A stretch of 64,000 bases of DNA from an uncultured Syntrophaceae bacterium (GCA_964541605.1 CAZIQY010000001.1:41533-105532), one strand, 5' to 3'; shown: positions 28,689 to 40,971, numbered from the stretch's first letter. A program made the numbers and translations. Notes: generated from the sequence alone by a model not told the origin.

Positions 28689-28714
28689 ATTATACAAAAA
28701 ATAATGAATGTCAA
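28689..28714 (-). promoter_or_regulatory. candidate sigma-70 promoter of the XRE-ftsB unit
   Basis: The minus strand reads TTGACA (28714-28709), a 14-nt spacer, then TG-TATAAT (-10 at 28694-28689). The spacer is shorter than optimal, but the extended -10 is a perfect match. Confidence 0.35.
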
Positions 28715-28777
28715 GTAAAAAATATCATGAATAGGTAATTTTTATTAACATTCATTAATGTTAGTTGAAAAATGGCC

Positions 28778-29953
28778 CTACAGGCCGACAGATGGAAGGG
28801 GCTGCTGAGGTTCGCCCAAGAGGAAATCACCCCTTTCAATCCATTCCTTGAGAATGAGAGAAATTTCGCGGGCCTTGAAATAACTCGATAAAGGCGCTGT
28901 CACAACCCTGGTCCCGTTAATCGTGATCTCGCCGCTTCGAAGGGATTTATAGTTCACTTCACCGAGACTTTTTGCAACACCCTTCGGATAATCCATACTG
29001 TAGTCATAGATCTGGGTATAAATATCTTCATCTTTCACAGCGGTATAACGCGCCATTTCTTCATTCAGTATGGGAACGGGAATCCCGATACCGACATACA
29101 GGGAAACGCCATACCCCAGCATACTGGCGCCAACAAGCCAGCCTGGCGTCATTTCCTTGAGGTTGCCAATGACCGCAATCGTTCCCGCGCCCTCTTTCGG
29201 GACACCGTTTTTACCCCTTTTGACATTCGGGTTGTGTTGGGTTCCCGGCCAGGCCACATAACCCTGTGCTCCTCCAAGGAAGATTCTTGTTCCGATGCCG
29301 ATCGTCTTGTAATAGGGATCGTTAAAGAGGGGACTTAACTGCCCCGATGTCGCATAATTGGCGTTGGCCATGCGGGGCCTGAGAACGCCCATATACGTAT
29401 AAATCGTCTTGTCCGACATGTTGACGGCGCAACTGTAATTCTGATAGGCATTTCTCGGATTGAAAAGAATAGCATCGCGCAAATCGTTGATGGTGATATT
29501 CTTCTCATATTTCCGTGCCGGATAGCAGTCCGTGCCATACCCTTCAACACGCAATCTGATCACATTGCCTGCAAGAAGGTCTTCAATGACATGCCCGCCC
29601 CCATAATGAAATTCTCCCGGATAAACGCTGTTGAGAGGGTCTCCCTCTGCAACCTCGGTTGCCCCGATATAGCAATCCACTGCAGCAACGCCGGCATAAG
29701 CAATCACATCGTTGAGCCATACTCTGGACGCTTTTATCCGTGGCGAGGTATGACCGAAATTCAGAAAGGCGCCCGATGAACACATGGGGCTGAATGTCCC
29801 CGTTGTAACCACATCGATCTTTCTGGCAGCGTCAACATGGCCGTTTTTCTCTACAATATCGATCATCTCTTCAGCCGTCACGACCACAGCTTTCCCCTGT
29901 TTAATCTTTTCATTGATCTCTTGATACGTCTTGATGATCTTATGTCTTTTCAT
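28778..29953 (-). CDS. DUF39 / COG1900-type homocysteine biosynthesis protein
   Basis: 391 aa. I recognise the N-terminal K.I.TY.EIN.KI..G.AVV.TA.E and the overall pattern of the DUF39 family, which is implicated in aspartate-semialdehyde-dependent homocysteine synthesis in methanogens and some anaerobic bacteria. Confidence 0.7.
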   Translation of the reverse strand: MKRHKIIKTYQEINEKIKQGKAVVVTAEEMIDIVEKNGHVDAARKIDVVTTGTFSPMCSSGAFLNFGHTSPRIKASRVWLNDVIAYAGVAAVDCYIGATEVAEGDPLNSVYPGEFHYGGGHVIEDLLAGNVIRLRVEGYGTDCYPARKYEKNITINDLRDAILFNPRNAYQNYSCAVNMSDKTIYTYMGVLRPRMANANYATSGQLSPLFNDPYYKTIGIGTRIFLGGAQGYVAWPGTQHNPNVKRGKNGVPKEGAGTIAVIGNLKEMTPGWLVGASMLGYGVSLYVGIGIPVPILNEEMARYTAVKDEDIYTQIYDYSMDYPKGVAKSLGEVNYKSLRSGEITINGTRVVTAPLSSYFKAREISLILKEWIERGDFLLGEPQQPLPSVGL

Positions 29954-29998
29954 GAAAGGCCTACCCTCCCAAATATTTTCTTCCCGTCAAGCGGGACT

Positions 29999-30451
29999 TC
30001 AAGAATCCGTATGACCAAACCCTCCGTCACCTCTTCCCGTTGGTTTGAGCTGCTCTCTGACTGTCCACTTGACCCTGCAAACCCGGTGTACTACCATCTG
30101 TGCGACACGGTCCCCTCGCCTGACGATAAACGGTGCATTCCCATGATTTATCATGACGATACCGATCTCACCGCGATAGTCCGCATCAATCGTGCCCGGA
30201 GCATTTACAAGGGTCACTCCATATTTTAGTGCGAGACCGCTTCGGGGTCTGATTTCCGCTTCATAACCAATGGGAATTTCGATCATAAGACCCGTTGGAA
30301 TCATCCTTCTTTCCCCGGGAAGGATCGTTTCCTCGGCCTCCACAGCAGCAAAGATATCCATTCCCGCTGCATGTTCCGTCATATATTTTGGGAGGGGAAT
30401 ATCATCATTCCCCTGAATTTTCAGGATGGCAATTATCGTATCTTCGATCAT
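29999..30451 (-). CDS. dut: dUTP diphosphatase
   Basis: 150 aa. Motifs [23 protein letters not shown] and a C-terminal R...GFG.T. Confidence 0.95.
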   Translation of the reverse strand: MIEDTIIAILKIQGNDDIPLPKYMTEHAAGMDIFAAVEAEETILPGERRMIPTGLMIEIPIGYEAEIRPRSGLALKYGVTLVNAPGTIDADYRGEIGIVMINHGNAPFIVRRGDRVAQMVVHRVCRVKWTVREQLKPTGRGDGGFGHTDS

Positions 30452-30464
30452 CTTAAATCCCGCC

Positions 30465-31727
30465 TTACCGGCCGAAGGCTATGTCCTTCTCCGATACCCT
30501 TCCCGTGGCTACAATTGAAAGAATGCGGGGATCGAACAACTCACAGGCCAGTTCTCTTACATGCTCACTTTCAACAGCCTCGATACGGTGAATCACGTCT
30601 TCCGGGGGAACATATTTTCCAAAACAGAGTTCGTTTTTCGCCAGCCTCATCATTCTGTTATCCGTGCTCTCCATACTCAGCAGAAAATTGCCTTTGATTA
30701 ATTCCTTGGCGGCATGCATTTCCTTTTCCGTAAGTCTTTCATCGCACAGCCGTTTTAACGCGTCTGCAACAAGATCAACAACAACCCGTATCCGATCTTC
30801 ACCGGTTCCCGCATAGATTCCCAAAAGTCCCGTATCCGCGTAGGGCGCAAGGTAGGAGTGGATCGCATAAGCCAATCCTCTTTTTTCCCTGATTTCCTGA
30901 AACAGCCTCGAACTCATACTGCCTCCCAAAACGGCATTCAACAAAAAACCGGGGTACCGTTTAGGGCTCGTTGCAGAAGGAGCAAGCGTACCGATTACCA
31001 CATGGACCTGCTCCAGATCTTTTTCGAGGACAGCCATTTTTGATGAAACCTCAGGCTGCCCGATTATTGTATCGGCGGTCCCTTTTCTCATGGATCCGAA
31101 AGCCTCTTTGACCATTTCAACAAGAATATCATGCTTCAAATGACCCGCCGCACTCAGCACCATGTTGTCCCCCCTGTATCGGGCATTGAAGAAAGAAACG
31201 AGACTTCCCCGATTCATACGCATAATCTGATCTTTCGTCCCCAGGATCGGGCGACCCAATGGGTGTCCATCCCAGAAAACAGCCTCAAAAAAATCATGAA
31301 TATAGTCATCGGGTGAATCTTCGAGCATGCTGATTTCCTGCAGGACCACCGATTGTTCCTTGCCGATTTCCTCCTCCTGAAAACGAGATTTCAGGAGAAT
31401 ATCCGCAAGAAGATCAATGGCCAGGGAGAGATGATAATCGGGTATCTTGATATAAAAAGAAGTCAATTCCTTGCCGGTAAAGGCATTCATGACGCCGCCG
31501 ACAGAATCGATTTCCGACGCGATATCGAAGGCGGATCTCCGATCCGTCCCCTTGAAAAGCATGTGCTCGATAAAATGGGCCGTTCCGCTCGTGCCGTGAC
31601 CCTCGTAACATGAACCACTCTGCACCCAGATTCCTATAGATACTGACCTGACATGATTGATCTCTTCAGAAACGACCCTGATACCGTTATCGAGAACGGT
31701 TTTATGGTATATTTGCCCCAAGTGCAT
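30465..31727 (-). CDS. M16 family zinc peptidase (insulinase-like)
   Basis: 420 aa. Inverted zinc motif [11 protein letters not shown] (HxxEH) near the N-terminus. Commonly follows pnp. Confidence 0.9.
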   Translation of the reverse strand: MHLGQIYHKTVLDNGIRVVSEEINHVRSVSIGIWVQSGSCYEGHGTSGTAHFIEHMLFKGTDRRSAFDIASEIDSVGGVMNAFTGKELTSFYIKIPDYHLSLAIDLLADILLKSRFQEEEIGKEQSVVLQEISMLEDSPDDYIHDFFEAVFWDGHPLGRPILGTKDQIMRMNRGSLVSFFNARYRGDNMVLSAAGHLKHDILVEMVKEAFGSMRKGTADTIIGQPEVSSKMAVLEKDLEQVHVVIGTLAPSATSPKRYPGFLLNAVLGGSMSSRLFQEIREKRGLAYAIHSYLAPYADTGLLGIYAGTGEDRIRVVVDLVADALKRLCDERLTEKEMHAAKELIKGNFLLSMESTDNRMMRLAKNELCFGKYVPPEDVIHRIEAVESEHVRELACELFDPRILSIVATGRVSEKDIAFGR

Positions 31728-33822
31728 CTTTTCTGCTCAGACGGATCTTCCCCTGCTTGTCAATCTCAAGAACCTTGACCAGAACTTCTTCGCCTTCATT
31801 AAGGACGTCGGTCACCCGATTAACTCTCTCTTTGGCAAGCTGCGAAATGTGCACCAACCCCTCCGTGCCCGGAAGGATTTCTACGAAGGCGCCGAAGTCG
31901 ACCACTTTTTTGACAATACCGCGATATATCTTCCCGACTTCCGCATCTTCCGTCAACCATTTGACCATGGCCACTGCCCTGGCTGCCGCTTCCGAATCAC
32001 TGGAGGCAATGGTTACAGTTCCGTCATCTTCCACATCAATGGTCACACCTGTCTCGTTGATGATCTGCCTGATGTTCTTCCCGCCGCTGCCGATCACATC
32101 TCTCACTTTTTCCGGTCTGACCTTGACGGTCGTAATGCGCGGGGCATATTGGGAAATATCCTCTCTCGGATTAGCGATGGTCTCTTTCATCTTCTCAATA
32201 ATAAAACATCTACCATCCCTTGCCTGGTAGAGGGCTTTCCTCAATATATCTTCCGTTACACCGTCAATCTTGATATCCATCTGCATGGCCGTAATGCCGC
32301 TTTTCGTCCCGCAGACCTTGAAATCCATATCGCCTGCATGGTCCTCGTCGCCAAGAATATCCGAAAGGATGACCACATCGTCCTTTTCTTTCAATAACCC
32401 CATGGCAATCCCGGCAACAATGTCCTTCACAGGGACGCCGGCATCCATCAAAGACAGGGTTCCCCCGCATACGGTGGCCATCGAAGATGATCCGTTGGAT
32501 GACATAATCTCGGAAACAATCCTGATGGTGTAGGGAAACTGCTCTTCCGAAGGAAGGATGGGCAGCAGAGATTTTCTGGCCAGTGCCCCGTGACCGATCT
32601 CCCGTCTGCCCGGACTTCTTAAAGGCCTTGCCTCTCCGACGCAATAGGGGGGGAAATTATAGTGAAGAAGAAATGTCCTCATTTCTTCGCCGCTGATGTA
32701 ATCCAATCTTTGTTCGTCCGATGATGTGCCGAGTGTCAAGGCCACAAGAGCCTGGGTCTCACCTCTGGAAAAAAGAGCCGACCCGTGAACCCTCGGCAGA
32801 ATACCGACTTCGGAACTGATCGGTCTGATATCCACACTTGATCTGCCGTCAATTCTTTTTCTTTCCTTCAGGATCATGTCTCTGAGGATTTGACGTTCCA
32901 TGTTTTCAAAAATGGTCCCAACAAGGGAGCAGCGGCGGGCGTCATCGCCGCCCACTTCCCGGATCACTTTTTCTCTGATCTGGTTAATCTGCTTGTGTCT
33001 TTCAAGTTTCATCGGAATGATGTAGGCCTCTTTCAAATTGCCTTCAGCGTTCTCTTTCACCTTTGTTGATAGGGTTTCATCCACGGGTTCTATTTCGAAA
33101 GCCCGCTTTTCTTTACCGATGGCCTGACGCATGTGATCCTGAAGCTCAATGATGGATCTCATCGCCTCCAGTCCGAAATTAATGGCATCAACAACGACAT
33201 CCTCCTGAACCTCACGTGCCTCACCCTCAAGCATGACCAGATTCATATCAAATGCCCGATCACCCGAACCGGGAAGAACCTTTCGTCCAACCAGAAAAAG
33301 ATTGAGGTCGCTTTTCCCCTGCATCTCCAGAGACAGATTGCAGACAAACTGACCATCTACGCGGCCAACTCGGATCCCGGCAATTGGACCATCAAACGGA
33401 ATGTCCGATATGGAAAGGGCGGCAGATGCACCCAACATGGCCGTCACATCAGGATCATTCTCATTATCCATCGAGAGCACTGTCGCCACAAGTTGTGTTT
33501 CATAGCAGTAGCCCTCTGGAAACAGCGGCCGTATGGATCTGTCGATAATCCTTGATGTGAGGGTTTCCCGCTCATTCGGACGGCCCTCCCGCTTAAAAAA
33601 TCCGCCGGGGATCTTTCCCGCTGCAAATGTCAGTTCCTGATAATCAACGGTCAGAGGCAGAAAATCAATGCCTTCCCGCTTTTTTTTGAGCGATACAGCG
33701 GTTACAATGACCACCGTATCACCGTAGGTTACGAGAATCGCACCATCGGCCTGACCCGCCATATAATTCGTTTTGAGAGAAATGTTTCTTCCCGCAAACT
33801 CTGTACTAAATACATCACCCAT
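31702..33822 (-). CDS. pnp: polyribonucleotide nucleotidyltransferase (PNPase)
   Basis: Two RNase PH domains, a KH domain ([11 protein letters not shown]) and an S1 domain ([32 protein letters not shown]). The start is taken at Met 33822 (MGDVFSTEF). The listed ORF adds 25 upstream codons. Confidence 0.97.
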   Translation of the reverse strand: MGDVFSTEFAGRNISLKTNYMAGQADGAILVTYGDTVVIVTAVSLKKKREGIDFLPLTVDYQELTFAAGKIPGGFFKREGRPNERETLTSRIIDRSIRPLFPEGYCYETQLVATVLSMDNENDPDVTAMLGASAALSISDIPFDGPIAGIRVGRVDGQFVCNLSLEMQGKSDLNLFLVGRKVLPGSGDRAFDMNLVMLEGEAREVQEDVVVDAINFGLEAMRSIIELQDHMRQAIGKEKRAFEIEPVDETLSTKVKENAEGNLKEAYIIPMKLERHKQINQIREKVIREVGGDDARRCSLVGTIFENMERQILRDMILKERKRIDGRSSVDIRPISSEVGILPRVHGSALFSRGETQALVALTLGTSSDEQRLDYISGEEMRTFLLHYNFPPYCVGEARPLRSPGRREIGHGALARKSLLPILPSEEQFPYTIRIVSEIMSSNGSSSMATVCGGTLSLMDAGVPVKDIVAGIAMGLLKEKDDVVILSDILGDEDHAGDMDFKVCGTKSGITAMQMDIKIDGVTEDILRKALYQARDGRCFIIEKMKETIANPREDISQYAPRITTVKVRPEKVRDVIGSGGKNIRQIINETGVTIDVEDDGTVTIASSDSEAAARAVAMVKWLTEDAEVGKIYRGIVKKVVDFGAFVEILPGTEGLVHISQLAKERVNRVTDVLNEGEEVLVKVLEIDKQGKIRLSRKDALGANIP

Positions 33823-33939
33823 GAGTCTGTTTTCCCTTCTTTGTTTATGGTTAACCGTTTGATATACAAACTCCAAGGACATGATAAACGGATGCAACCT
33901 GTCTGTCCTTCGCCATCACTCAATCGCAGTTGATCCACG

Positions 33940-34206
33940 TTATTTTCGGAGCCCCAGACGTTGAATGACGCTTCTATACCTTTCCACATCTTTTTTCTTG
34001 AGATAATCCAGAAGCCGTCTCCTCTGTCCGACAAGTTTTAAAAGACCTCTGCGAGAGTGGTGGTCCTTTTTATGGGACTTGAAATGTGCCGTCAAATACT
34101 CGATTCTCGCACTGAGGAGAGCAATTTGGACTTCTGGAGATCCCGTATCCAATAGATGTAGTTGGTAATTGCTGATGATTTCCTTTCTTTTCTCAAAATC
34201 TAACAC
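33940..34206 (-). CDS. rpsO: 30S ribosomal protein S15
   Basis: 88 aa. [39 protein letters not shown]. Confidence 0.97.
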   Translation of the reverse strand: MLDFEKRKEIISNYQLHLLDTGSPEVQIALLSARIEYLTAHFKSHKKDHHSRRGLLKLVGQRRRLLDYLKKKDVERYRSVIQRLGLRK

Positions 34207-34278
34207 CGCTTTATGTCCTCCCTAAAGTTAGTAATCAATGGCCTGTGACCAGAAAAAAACGAGTCTGTATGATTTTCG

Positions 34279-35193
34279 TTATGACCCGCATTGAAACACC
34301 CTCAAGATTTTCATAACCTGTTTCTTTCCATCCAAGGTCGAAAACTGATCAGATGAATAAAGCATTTTGGCAATCGCAACAAGGCAACGTCTCTTATCTG
34401 TGAACATTACCACATCTCCGGCGTCGATAAAAGGTATATGAAATAATCCGACCGTTTCAGCCACCGGTTGATACCCCTCCCTCAATTTTCCGGCAAAAGC
34501 ATGGTCCACAGGGATGAAGGGGAAATCAGGAAGGGCATCGACCATGGAAATAACATTGTTCACATCGACCTTTTCAAGGGATACCGCTGCCCCTTCAACA
34601 AATCTGCCGCTTCTCATTCTCCGTAATGCGGCAAGGCATGCCCCGCAACCCAGAACGTCTCCAACATCGGAGCACAGGGATCGGATATAGGTACCCTTGG
34701 AACAGGATACATTGAAAGTCACATACGGCATTTTTACTTCGAGAATCTCAATATTTGAGATTTCAACCCTTCTCGGATGCAGTTCGACGGAAACACCCTT
34801 TCTTGCCCATTTGTAAAGGGATTTCCCGCGGAATTTAACCGCTGAATACCGGGGCGGGATCTGTTCGATTTTCCCGACAAAACCATTCAAGACATGTACA
34901 ATTTCACCTGAACCGGCCTGCGGTTCAGCGGACGCGGTCACCTTGCCTTCAATATCCTGAGTATCCGTTTTAACACCCAATAACATGGTCACGCGGTATT
35001 CTTTCGTATCCAGGGAAAAAAAGGGTGCAAGTTTTGTTGCCTCGTTGATACACACAGGAAGAACTCCTGTTGCCAGAGGGTCCAGAGTGCCCGTATGACC
35101 TGCCTTTCTTACGCCAAGCGCTTTCTTGACATCCTTTACCACATCATGTGACGTCTTTCCCGCCGGTTTATCAATGACAACAACGCCGTTCAT
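34279..35193 (-). CDS. truB: tRNA pseudouridine(55) synthase
   Basis: 304 aa. NGVVVIDKP.G.TSHDVV and the catalytic-Asp motif GHTGTLDPLATGVLPV. Confidence 0.95.
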   Translation of the reverse strand: MNGVVVIDKPAGKTSHDVVKDVKKALGVRKAGHTGTLDPLATGVLPVCINEATKLAPFFSLDTKEYRVTMLLGVKTDTQDIEGKVTASAEPQAGSGEIVHVLNGFVGKIEQIPPRYSAVKFRGKSLYKWARKGVSVELHPRRVEISNIEILEVKMPYVTFNVSCSKGTYIRSLCSDVGDVLGCGACLAALRRMRSGRFVEGAAVSLEKVDVNNVISMVDALPDFPFIPVDHAFAGKLREGYQPVAETVGLFHIPFIDAGDVVMFTDKRRCLVAIAKMLYSSDQFSTLDGKKQVMKILRVFQCGS

Positions 35194-36179
35194 GATTCTA
35201 CAACAGCCCCTATCACATCCAGAACCCTCTGTCTGACCGTCTCCAGGTCACCTTCTATATGACAGGCGGCAGCGTTGATGTGACCGCCCCCTCCAAATGT
35301 TCTGGCTACACGTTCAACATTCACCTTCCCTTTTGACCGCAGACTCAGTTTAAAATGGCGATCCGATACCTCGCTGAACAGGACAGAAACTTCAACACCC
35401 TGAACGGAACGGGGAATATCAACGAAACCCTCCGTGTGTTCCATTAAAGCCCCTGCCTCTTCAAGAGCACTGCGCAAAACAACCATATAGCCGACCTTTT
35501 TGGTCCAATCAAAGGCCATAGTATCCAGAGCCATGGTTAGAAGTCTGATCTTGGAAGGAGGATTGTTTTCATAGATATTCTCCGATATCCACTGAGGATC
35601 AGCGCCTTTTTCAATCAGGTGACCCGAGGCGACCAATGTTTCTTTTTTGGTGTTCCTGTAACGAAAACCTCCCGTATCCGTCAGAATGGCTGCAAACAGA
35701 TTTGTGGCTATATCTTTCGTAAAGCCAACGTTCATGGCCCTTATCAACCGATAAAGCAACTCTCCTGTAGAGCTTGCCTGGTGATCAAGATACGACAAAG
35801 CACCAAAATTTCCATTGGAGACATGGTGATCAATATTGATGATTCGTTTTATGGCGCCTATACGGGAAGCCTCATTCCCGATCCTTTCCAAATCACTGCA
35901 ATCGAGAATAAAGGCCACTTCATATCTGTCAAGATCGGGAAGATGGTGGACAATCTTATCACTGCCCGGAAGAAACCGGTAATTCCCCGGAGTTTCATCC
36001 TGATTATATACAATGGCATCCTTCCCCATAAGTATAAGCATTTGGTACATGGCCAGTTCCGAACCAAGAGCATCGCCATCAAGTCTCACATGAGACGTCA
36101 CAAGAAAAGACCGGCAGGTGTTTATGATGTCGATAATCTTATTCAACTTTCTTTTCCTCTTCCCTTCGTATCTCTGCAA
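35190..36179 (-). CDS. nrnA: DHH/DHHA1 phosphoesterase (NrnA-type oligoribonuclease/pAp phosphatase)
   Basis: 329 aa. Motifs H.R.DGDALGS, DHH (NIDHHVSN) and DHHA1 GGGGH. In the conserved position between rbfA and truB. Confidence 0.85.
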   Translation of the reverse strand: MQRYEGKRKRKLNKIIDIINTCRSFLVTSHVRLDGDALGSELAMYQMLILMGKDAIVYNQDETPGNYRFLPGSDKIVHHLPDLDRYEVAFILDCSDLERIGNEASRIGAIKRIINIDHHVSNGNFGALSYLDHQASSTGELLYRLIRAMNVGFTKDIATNLFAAILTDTGGFRYRNTKKETLVASGHLIEKGADPQWISENIYENNPPSKIRLLTMALDTMAFDWTKKVGYMVVLRSALEEAGALMEHTEGFVDIPRSVQGVEVSVLFSEVSDRHFKLSLRSKGKVNVERVARTFGGGGHINAAACHIEGDLETVRQRVLDVIGAVVES

Positions 36180-36519
36180 GGAGTCTGTCTATTCGACTGC
36201 CGTATTCGAAAGATTCATCCACCATAAACATGAGATCCGGCACATACCGCAATTGTAAACGCTTCCCGAGTTCCCTTTTAAAAAAACCCGTGGCGCTCTC
36301 GAGACCTGTTTTCGCCTGAGGGTTACTCGTCTCCTTGCCCATTTCAACAAAAAAAACCTTTGCCAGACGGAGGTCATCCGTCAACTTCACCCGGGTGATC
36401 GTAACCAGTTGCACCCTGGGGTCTCTGACCTGTTTTAACAGAATATCGGAAACTTCCGCCATGATGAGATCAGCCACACGATTTGCCCTTTTAACACCCA
36501 TCGTATTTTCCCTCTTCAT
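36139..36519 (-). CDS. rbfA: ribosome-binding factor A
   Basis: 126 aa. RANRVADLIMAEVSDIL...DPR......IT.V.LT.DL..AKV.F. The start may be the MGVKR Met at 36501. Confidence 0.92.
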   Translation of the reverse strand: MKRENTMGVKRANRVADLIMAEVSDILLKQVRDPRVQLVTITRVKLTDDLRLAKVFFVEMGKETSNPQAKTGLESATGFFKRELGKRLQLRYVPDLMFMVDESFEYGSRIDRLLAEIRREEEKKVE

Positions 36520-36829
36520 AGTGGCGGGAATCCATCAGATCGGAAACATGAATCATTTCAATCTTTGTATTCACAATCTCGGCAAGTGTCAGGCCGTCAA
36601 TAAATCTCAGGATATGGTCGATTTTGCCATTGATATAGCGGCTATCGTTTCCGACAACGGCAAATCCGATTTTTGCCCTTTTCCATTGATCATTTTCGCC
36701 GATTTCCGCAATGGAAATATTAAATTCGTTTTGCGTCCGTTTTAATATCCGACTCAAGACCCCTCTTTTTTCCTTCAGAGACCTGCTTTCAACAATCAAC
36801 AGCTCTATGATGCCTGACCCGATAACCAT
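36491..36829 (-). CDS. DUF503 (YlxP-like) protein
   Basis: 112 aa. The pattern SLKEKR.V...I..R....FN.S.AE....D.W.....G...V.ND of DUF503. In the canonical infB-ylxP-rbfA position. Confidence 0.8.
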   Translation of the reverse strand: MVIGSGIIELLIVESRSLKEKRGVLSRILKRTQNEFNISIAEIGENDQWKRAKIGFAVVGNDSRYINGKIDHILRFIDGLTLAEIVNTKIEMIHVSDLMDSRHYEEGKYDGC

Positions 36830-36918
36830 ATTCCGAATAAATACTTACATTGCAATGGATTAACTTACACTGCCGAGCCCTTTGGAAAATGGGTTCTGCA
36901 AAGCGAATCGAAGATTTT

Positions 36919-39627
36919 TCATGACAATTTTCTTTCGACCTTTTCCTGAATATAAGATTCGATGGTATCTCCTACCCTGACATCATTGAATCCCTCGATT
37001 CCGATACCGCACTCATACCCTGACGCCACTTCCCTGACATCATCTTTAAACCGCCTGAGAGAAAGGAATTTCCCGTCGTAGACCAACACACCGTCTCTAA
37101 CCAGTTTGAGATTCGAATTCCTGGTAATCTTGCCGTCCGTCACATAGCTTCCTGCAATAGTCCCCACTTTGGGCACCTTGAACAACTCCCGAACTTCGGC
37201 ACGGCCCTGAACAACTTCCCTGTAAACAGGTTCAAGGAGACCCTCAATAGCAGCTCTCATATCACCAATGACATCATAGATGACATCGTACAGCTTGATT
37301 TCAACACCCTCCTGTTCGGCAACATCGGCTACCCTGCCGTTCGGTCTCACATTGAAGCCTATGACGACGGCATTGGACGCTGATGCCAGCATGACGTCCG
37401 TCTCTGTTATCGTTCCTGTTGAGCTGTGTATGATCTTTAATCTGATATCCGTCGTGCTCAGCTTGTTCAAGGCCTCCGTCAAGGCTTCAATAGAACCCTG
37501 AACATCTCCCTTGACAATAACGTTGAGTTCCTTAATCCCCTCTTTAATTTTTTGATACAATTGCTCGAGAGTAATTTTTGTGGATATGGAAAGCTCCCGT
37601 TCCCGCTCTTTTCTGATCCAGTATTCTCCGATACTGCGGGCTTTTTTCTCATCATTGACAGTCACAAATTCTGCGCTTACCTGTGGAACCCGTGAAAATC
37701 CGATGACCTCAACCGGCATAGAGGGTTTGGCTTCCTTGACCCTTCGCCCCTGGTCGTCGATCATGGCCCTGACCTTGCCGAATTCCGTCTTGGAGACAAA
37801 GGCATCCCCTTCTCTTAATGTTCCTTCCTGAATCAACACGGTTGCAACAGGTCCCCGCCCCCGATCAAGTTTGGCTTCAATGATCACTCCGCGGGCCAGC
37901 CGGTCCTTATCAGCCTTGAGATCCATCATATCGGCCTGAAGGAGTATCAACTCCAGGAGTTCTTCCATGCCCTCCTTCTTTTTCGCAGATACTTCACAAT
38001 ATATGGTATTACCACCCCATTCTTCCGGCACAAGATCATAATCTGCAAGAACCTGTCTGATCCTTCCGGGATCGGCGCCGGGTTTATCCATTTTATTGAT
38101 TGCCACAATAATGGGAACAGCGGCCACCCTGGCATGGTTGATAGCCTCAATGGTCTGATCTCTGACGCCGTCATCGGCGGCCACGACCAGAACTACGATA
38201 TCCGTCACATGGGCTCCTCTGGCCCTCATAGCTGTAAACGCTTCGTGGCCCGGTGTATCTAAAAATACGACATCCCTGTCTTTAATATGTACATGATAGG
38301 CCCCGATTGCCTGAGTAATACCACCCGCTTCGCCACCCATTACATTGGTCTGCCTGATGGCATCCAGAAGGGATGTTTTCCCGTGGTCGACATGTCCCAT
38401 AATGGTGACGACAGGCACCCTCGATTCAAGGTTTTCGGAAGGCGGTTGCGTCTTTTGTAAAGACTCATCATACTCCGCTTCGACGGACTCCACCTGATAT
38501 CCGAATTCGGTGGCAATCAGGGTCGCCGCATCGCAATCGATGGACTGGTTTATGGTTACCATGAGGCCGAGTCCAATCAGTTTATTGATGACTTCACTTG
38601 CCTTGACCCCCATCTTTTTGGCAAGATCACCAACAGTCACAGCCTCTCCAACCCTGATCCTTCTTTTGATTGCTTTCGGAATGGTCACAACGGTCTTCTT
38701 CATCTTGACCGGCGCTTGTTTTTTTACCTCTCTCCACCGCGGCGACCTGTCTTTTCTATCTTTGTCCTCCCGTTTGTCCTTTTTATCAACCAGTTTCTTT
38801 ATAAAAGCCTTTTTCCTTGCCGGTGGTTCCTCCATCACCACTTCGATCGGTTTCTTTCCCTTTATTTTTTGCTTTTCAACTTCCAGCTTCAGTGGTTTTT
38901 CCACTTTAGGGGGAGCCATCTCCTTGATGACTTTCAGTTCAGGCTTTGGAGGGAACTCTTTCTTAATCTCAATGACCGCTTCTTTCGGCAGTTGGGGGGA
39001 CAATGCCACTTCCTTCTCCTTCCTTTCAGGTACTCCTCCCTCTCCCACTGTCACCGGAGGAGGTAAAATGGTGGGCAGAGGTTCTTTTTCGATGGGTTTA
39101 ATCTTTTTCTCAGGCTTTTTCGAAACAACAAAAGCTTCCCCGGCAGCCTTCTTTGCCGTTTCCTCCTTTATTTCAACAATAGTTTCTTCCGGTTGGGTTA
39201 CTTCAACCCGGGCGATTTCTTCAGGAACGATCTTCGGAGGAACAGTCTCGACAGGGGGTGGAACCTGTGGTAGCGGCGCCTGGGATGGGGGAGTGATTTT
39301 TGTTTCCGGAACGTCCTTCGGAACAGGAACTTCCGTTGGTTTTTTCTCAGGCGTAACAGGAGCAATCTCTTCAACAATTTCGATTTTGACATCTTCAACC
39401 GGTTGGCGAACAGCCCTTCTTCTGATAATGGTAGATTTAATTCTCTGCTCAACCATCTCACGGGGTTCACCCGATAACAATTCCTGCTGTATCTTCTGTA
39501 TGTCGCTTTCCTCGAGGGTGCTCGAGTGGGACTTGACAGCAATACCAAGTTTCTCTAAACGAGAGATAAGTTCCTTGTTGTCAAGGCCCAGTTCTCTGGC
39601 CAGCTCATAAACTCTTTTTTTAGACAT
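36919..39627 (-). CDS. infB: translation initiation factor IF-2
   Basis: The start is taken at [14 protein letters not shown] (39627). P/E/K-rich linker, then a G-domain with [20 protein letters not shown] and NKMD, followed by C-terminal beta-barrels. Confidence 0.97.
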   Translation of the reverse strand: MSKKRVYELARELGLDNKELISRLEKLGIAVKSHSSTLEESDIQKIQQELLSGEPREMVEQRIKSTIIRRRAVRQPVEDVKIEIVEEIAPVTPEKKPTEVPVPKDVPETKITPPSQAPLPQVPPPVETVPPKIVPEEIARVEVTQPEETIVEIKEETAKKAAGEAFVVSKKPEKKIKPIEKEPLPTILPPPVTVGEGGVPERKEKEVALSPQLPKEAVIEIKKEFPPKPELKVIKEMAPPKVEKPLKLEVEKQKIKGKKPIEVVMEEPPARKKAFIKKLVDKKDKREDKDRKDRSPRWREVKKQAPVKMKKTVVTIPKAIKRRIRVGEAVTVGDLAKKMGVKASEVINKLIGLGLMVTINQSIDCDAATLIATEFGYQVESVEAEYDESLQKTQPPSENLESRVPVVTIMGHVDHGKTSLLDAIRQTNVMGGEAGGITQAIGAYHVHIKDRDVVFLDTPGHEAFTAMRARGAHVTDIVVLVVAADDGVRDQTIEAINHARVAAVPIIVAINKMDKPGADPGRIRQVLADYDLVPEEWGGNTIYCEVSAKKKEGMEELLELILLQADMMDLKADKDRLARGVIIEAKLDRGRGPVATVLIQEGTLREGDAFVSKTEFGKVRAMIDDQGRRVKEAKPSMPVEVIGFSRVPQVSAEFVTVNDEKKARSIGEYWIRKERERELSISTKITLEQLYQKIKEGIKELNVIVKGDVQGSIEALTEALNKLSTTDIRLKIIHSSTGTITETDVMLASASNAVVIGFNVRPNGRVADVAEQEGVEIKLYDVIYDVIGDMRAAIEGLLEPVYREVVQGRAEVRELFKVPKVGTIAGSYVTDGKITRNSNLKLVRDGVLVYDGKFLSLRRFKDDVREVASGYECGIGIEGFNDVRVGDTIESYIQEKVERKLS

Positions 39628-39683
39628 TCCTGACCCCCCGCTTGCATGATTCGCACTGATAACGCCACTGACTGAAAATAAAT

Positions 39684-40946
39684 TCAGGCACTTTTTGCTT
39701 CCCCGGTTTCCTGCTCGATAATCTGTCCCGCAGCCTCGATCCACTGGGACGCACTCTTTTCACCCACGCCCTGAACAGAGGAAAGCATGTCAGGATCTGC
39801 AGCAGCAATCATGGCAATGCTCTTAAAACCTTCACTAAAGAGACGCTCCGCCGTTGCTTCTCCGACACCCGGGATCTTCATAAGAGATTTATATCCCTCT
39901 TCCTCCTGTACTGCAGCCATGGATTCACTTTTTACGTCAATTCTCCACCCTGTCAATTTAACGGCCAATCTGACATTTTGTCCATTTTTACCGATGGCCA
40001 GCGACAATTGATCATCGGGAACGATGACCTCCATGGAACGGTTTTCTTCGTCCATAAAAACCCGGTTAACCTTGGCGGGTGAGAGGGCGCTGCAAACATA
40101 GGTTACGGCATCCGCGGCATACGGCACAATATCGATTTTTTCGCCTCTCAGTTCCTGAACCACACTCTGCACCCGGGAACCTCTCATACCCACACACGCG
40201 CCCACCGGATCGATATCCTTATCCTTCGTTCTGACGGATATCTTGGCCCGCTTTCCCGGTTCTCTCGATACATTCACGATTTCGATCAGCCCTTCAGAAA
40301 TTTCCGGAACTTCCACTTCAAAAAGCGACTTGAGAAATCCGGGATGCGTCCTTGAGAGAATGATCTGAGGCCCTTTTGATATTTTCTTTACGTCACAGAC
40401 ATAGGCCCGAATTCTTTCCCCCCTCTTATAGGTCTCCCTGTAAATCTGCTCCGATGTGGGAATGACACCTTCCGTGCGACCGAGGTTAACGATGATGCTT
40501 CCTCCTTCAAATCTCTGGACGAAACCATTCACCAGTTCTCCCTTTCTGTCTTTATATTCTTCATAGATATTATCCCGTTCCGCATCCTTAACCTTCTGAA
40601 TGATGATTTGCTTTGCCGTCTGGACAGCAATTCTGCCGAAAGTGCTCGTTTCTATTTTAATGCCGAGGCTGTCTCCCCGCTGTGCATCTTCGTCGAGGTT
40701 TCGCCTGGCCTCTTCAAGAGACACCTGAACATCCGGATCCAGCACCTTCTCCATAACAGTTTTAAACTGGAAGACTTCTATTTCACCGGCGTCTTCATTA
40801 TAGTGAGCCTCAATATCCACATGAGCCCCGAGCTTCTTCCTCGCGGCCGTCAACATAGCGGTTTCCAGTGCCTCTATAATGACGTTTTTGTCTATACCTC
40901 TGTCCTTACCCATCTGCTCTATCAGACGTTTAAGTTCCGGAAACAT
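39684..40946 (-). CDS. nusA: transcription termination/antitermination factor NusA
   Basis: 420 aa. N-terminal domain, S1, two KH domains ([35 protein letters not shown]) and a C-terminal HhH region. Confidence 0.97.
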   Translation of the reverse strand: MFPELKRLIEQMGKDRGIDKNVIIEALETAMLTAARKKLGAHVDIEAHYNEDAGEIEVFQFKTVMEKVLDPDVQVSLEEARRNLDEDAQRGDSLGIKIETSTFGRIAVQTAKQIIIQKVKDAERDNIYEEYKDRKGELVNGFVQRFEGGSIIVNLGRTEGVIPTSEQIYRETYKRGERIRAYVCDVKKISKGPQIILSRTHPGFLKSLFEVEVPEISEGLIEIVNVSREPGKRAKISVRTKDKDIDPVGACVGMRGSRVQSVVQELRGEKIDIVPYAADAVTYVCSALSPAKVNRVFMDEENRSMEVIVPDDQLSLAIGKNGQNVRLAVKLTGWRIDVKSESMAAVQEEEGYKSLMKIPGVGEATAERLFSEGFKSIAMIAAADPDMLSSVQGVGEKSASQWIEAAGQIIEQETGEAKSA

Positions 40947-40971
40947 TTAAAAATTCCTCCAAATTTAATCG

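Noticed and set aside
38510-39610. 366-aa S/F/T-rich plus-strand ORF
   Set aside because: It is the mirror image of the P/E/K-rich linker region of infB. Its low-complexity composition is explained by the complementary strand.
39628-39744. N-terminal extensions of listed ORFs: infB here, and likewise pnp 33823-33897, rimP 41452-41523, murA 59461-59538, the TPR protein 16516-16635 and the lipoprotein 23313-23351
   Set aside because: The conserved protein N-termini begin at internal Mets. The extensions have atypical composition and overlap the upstream genes or intergenic regions.
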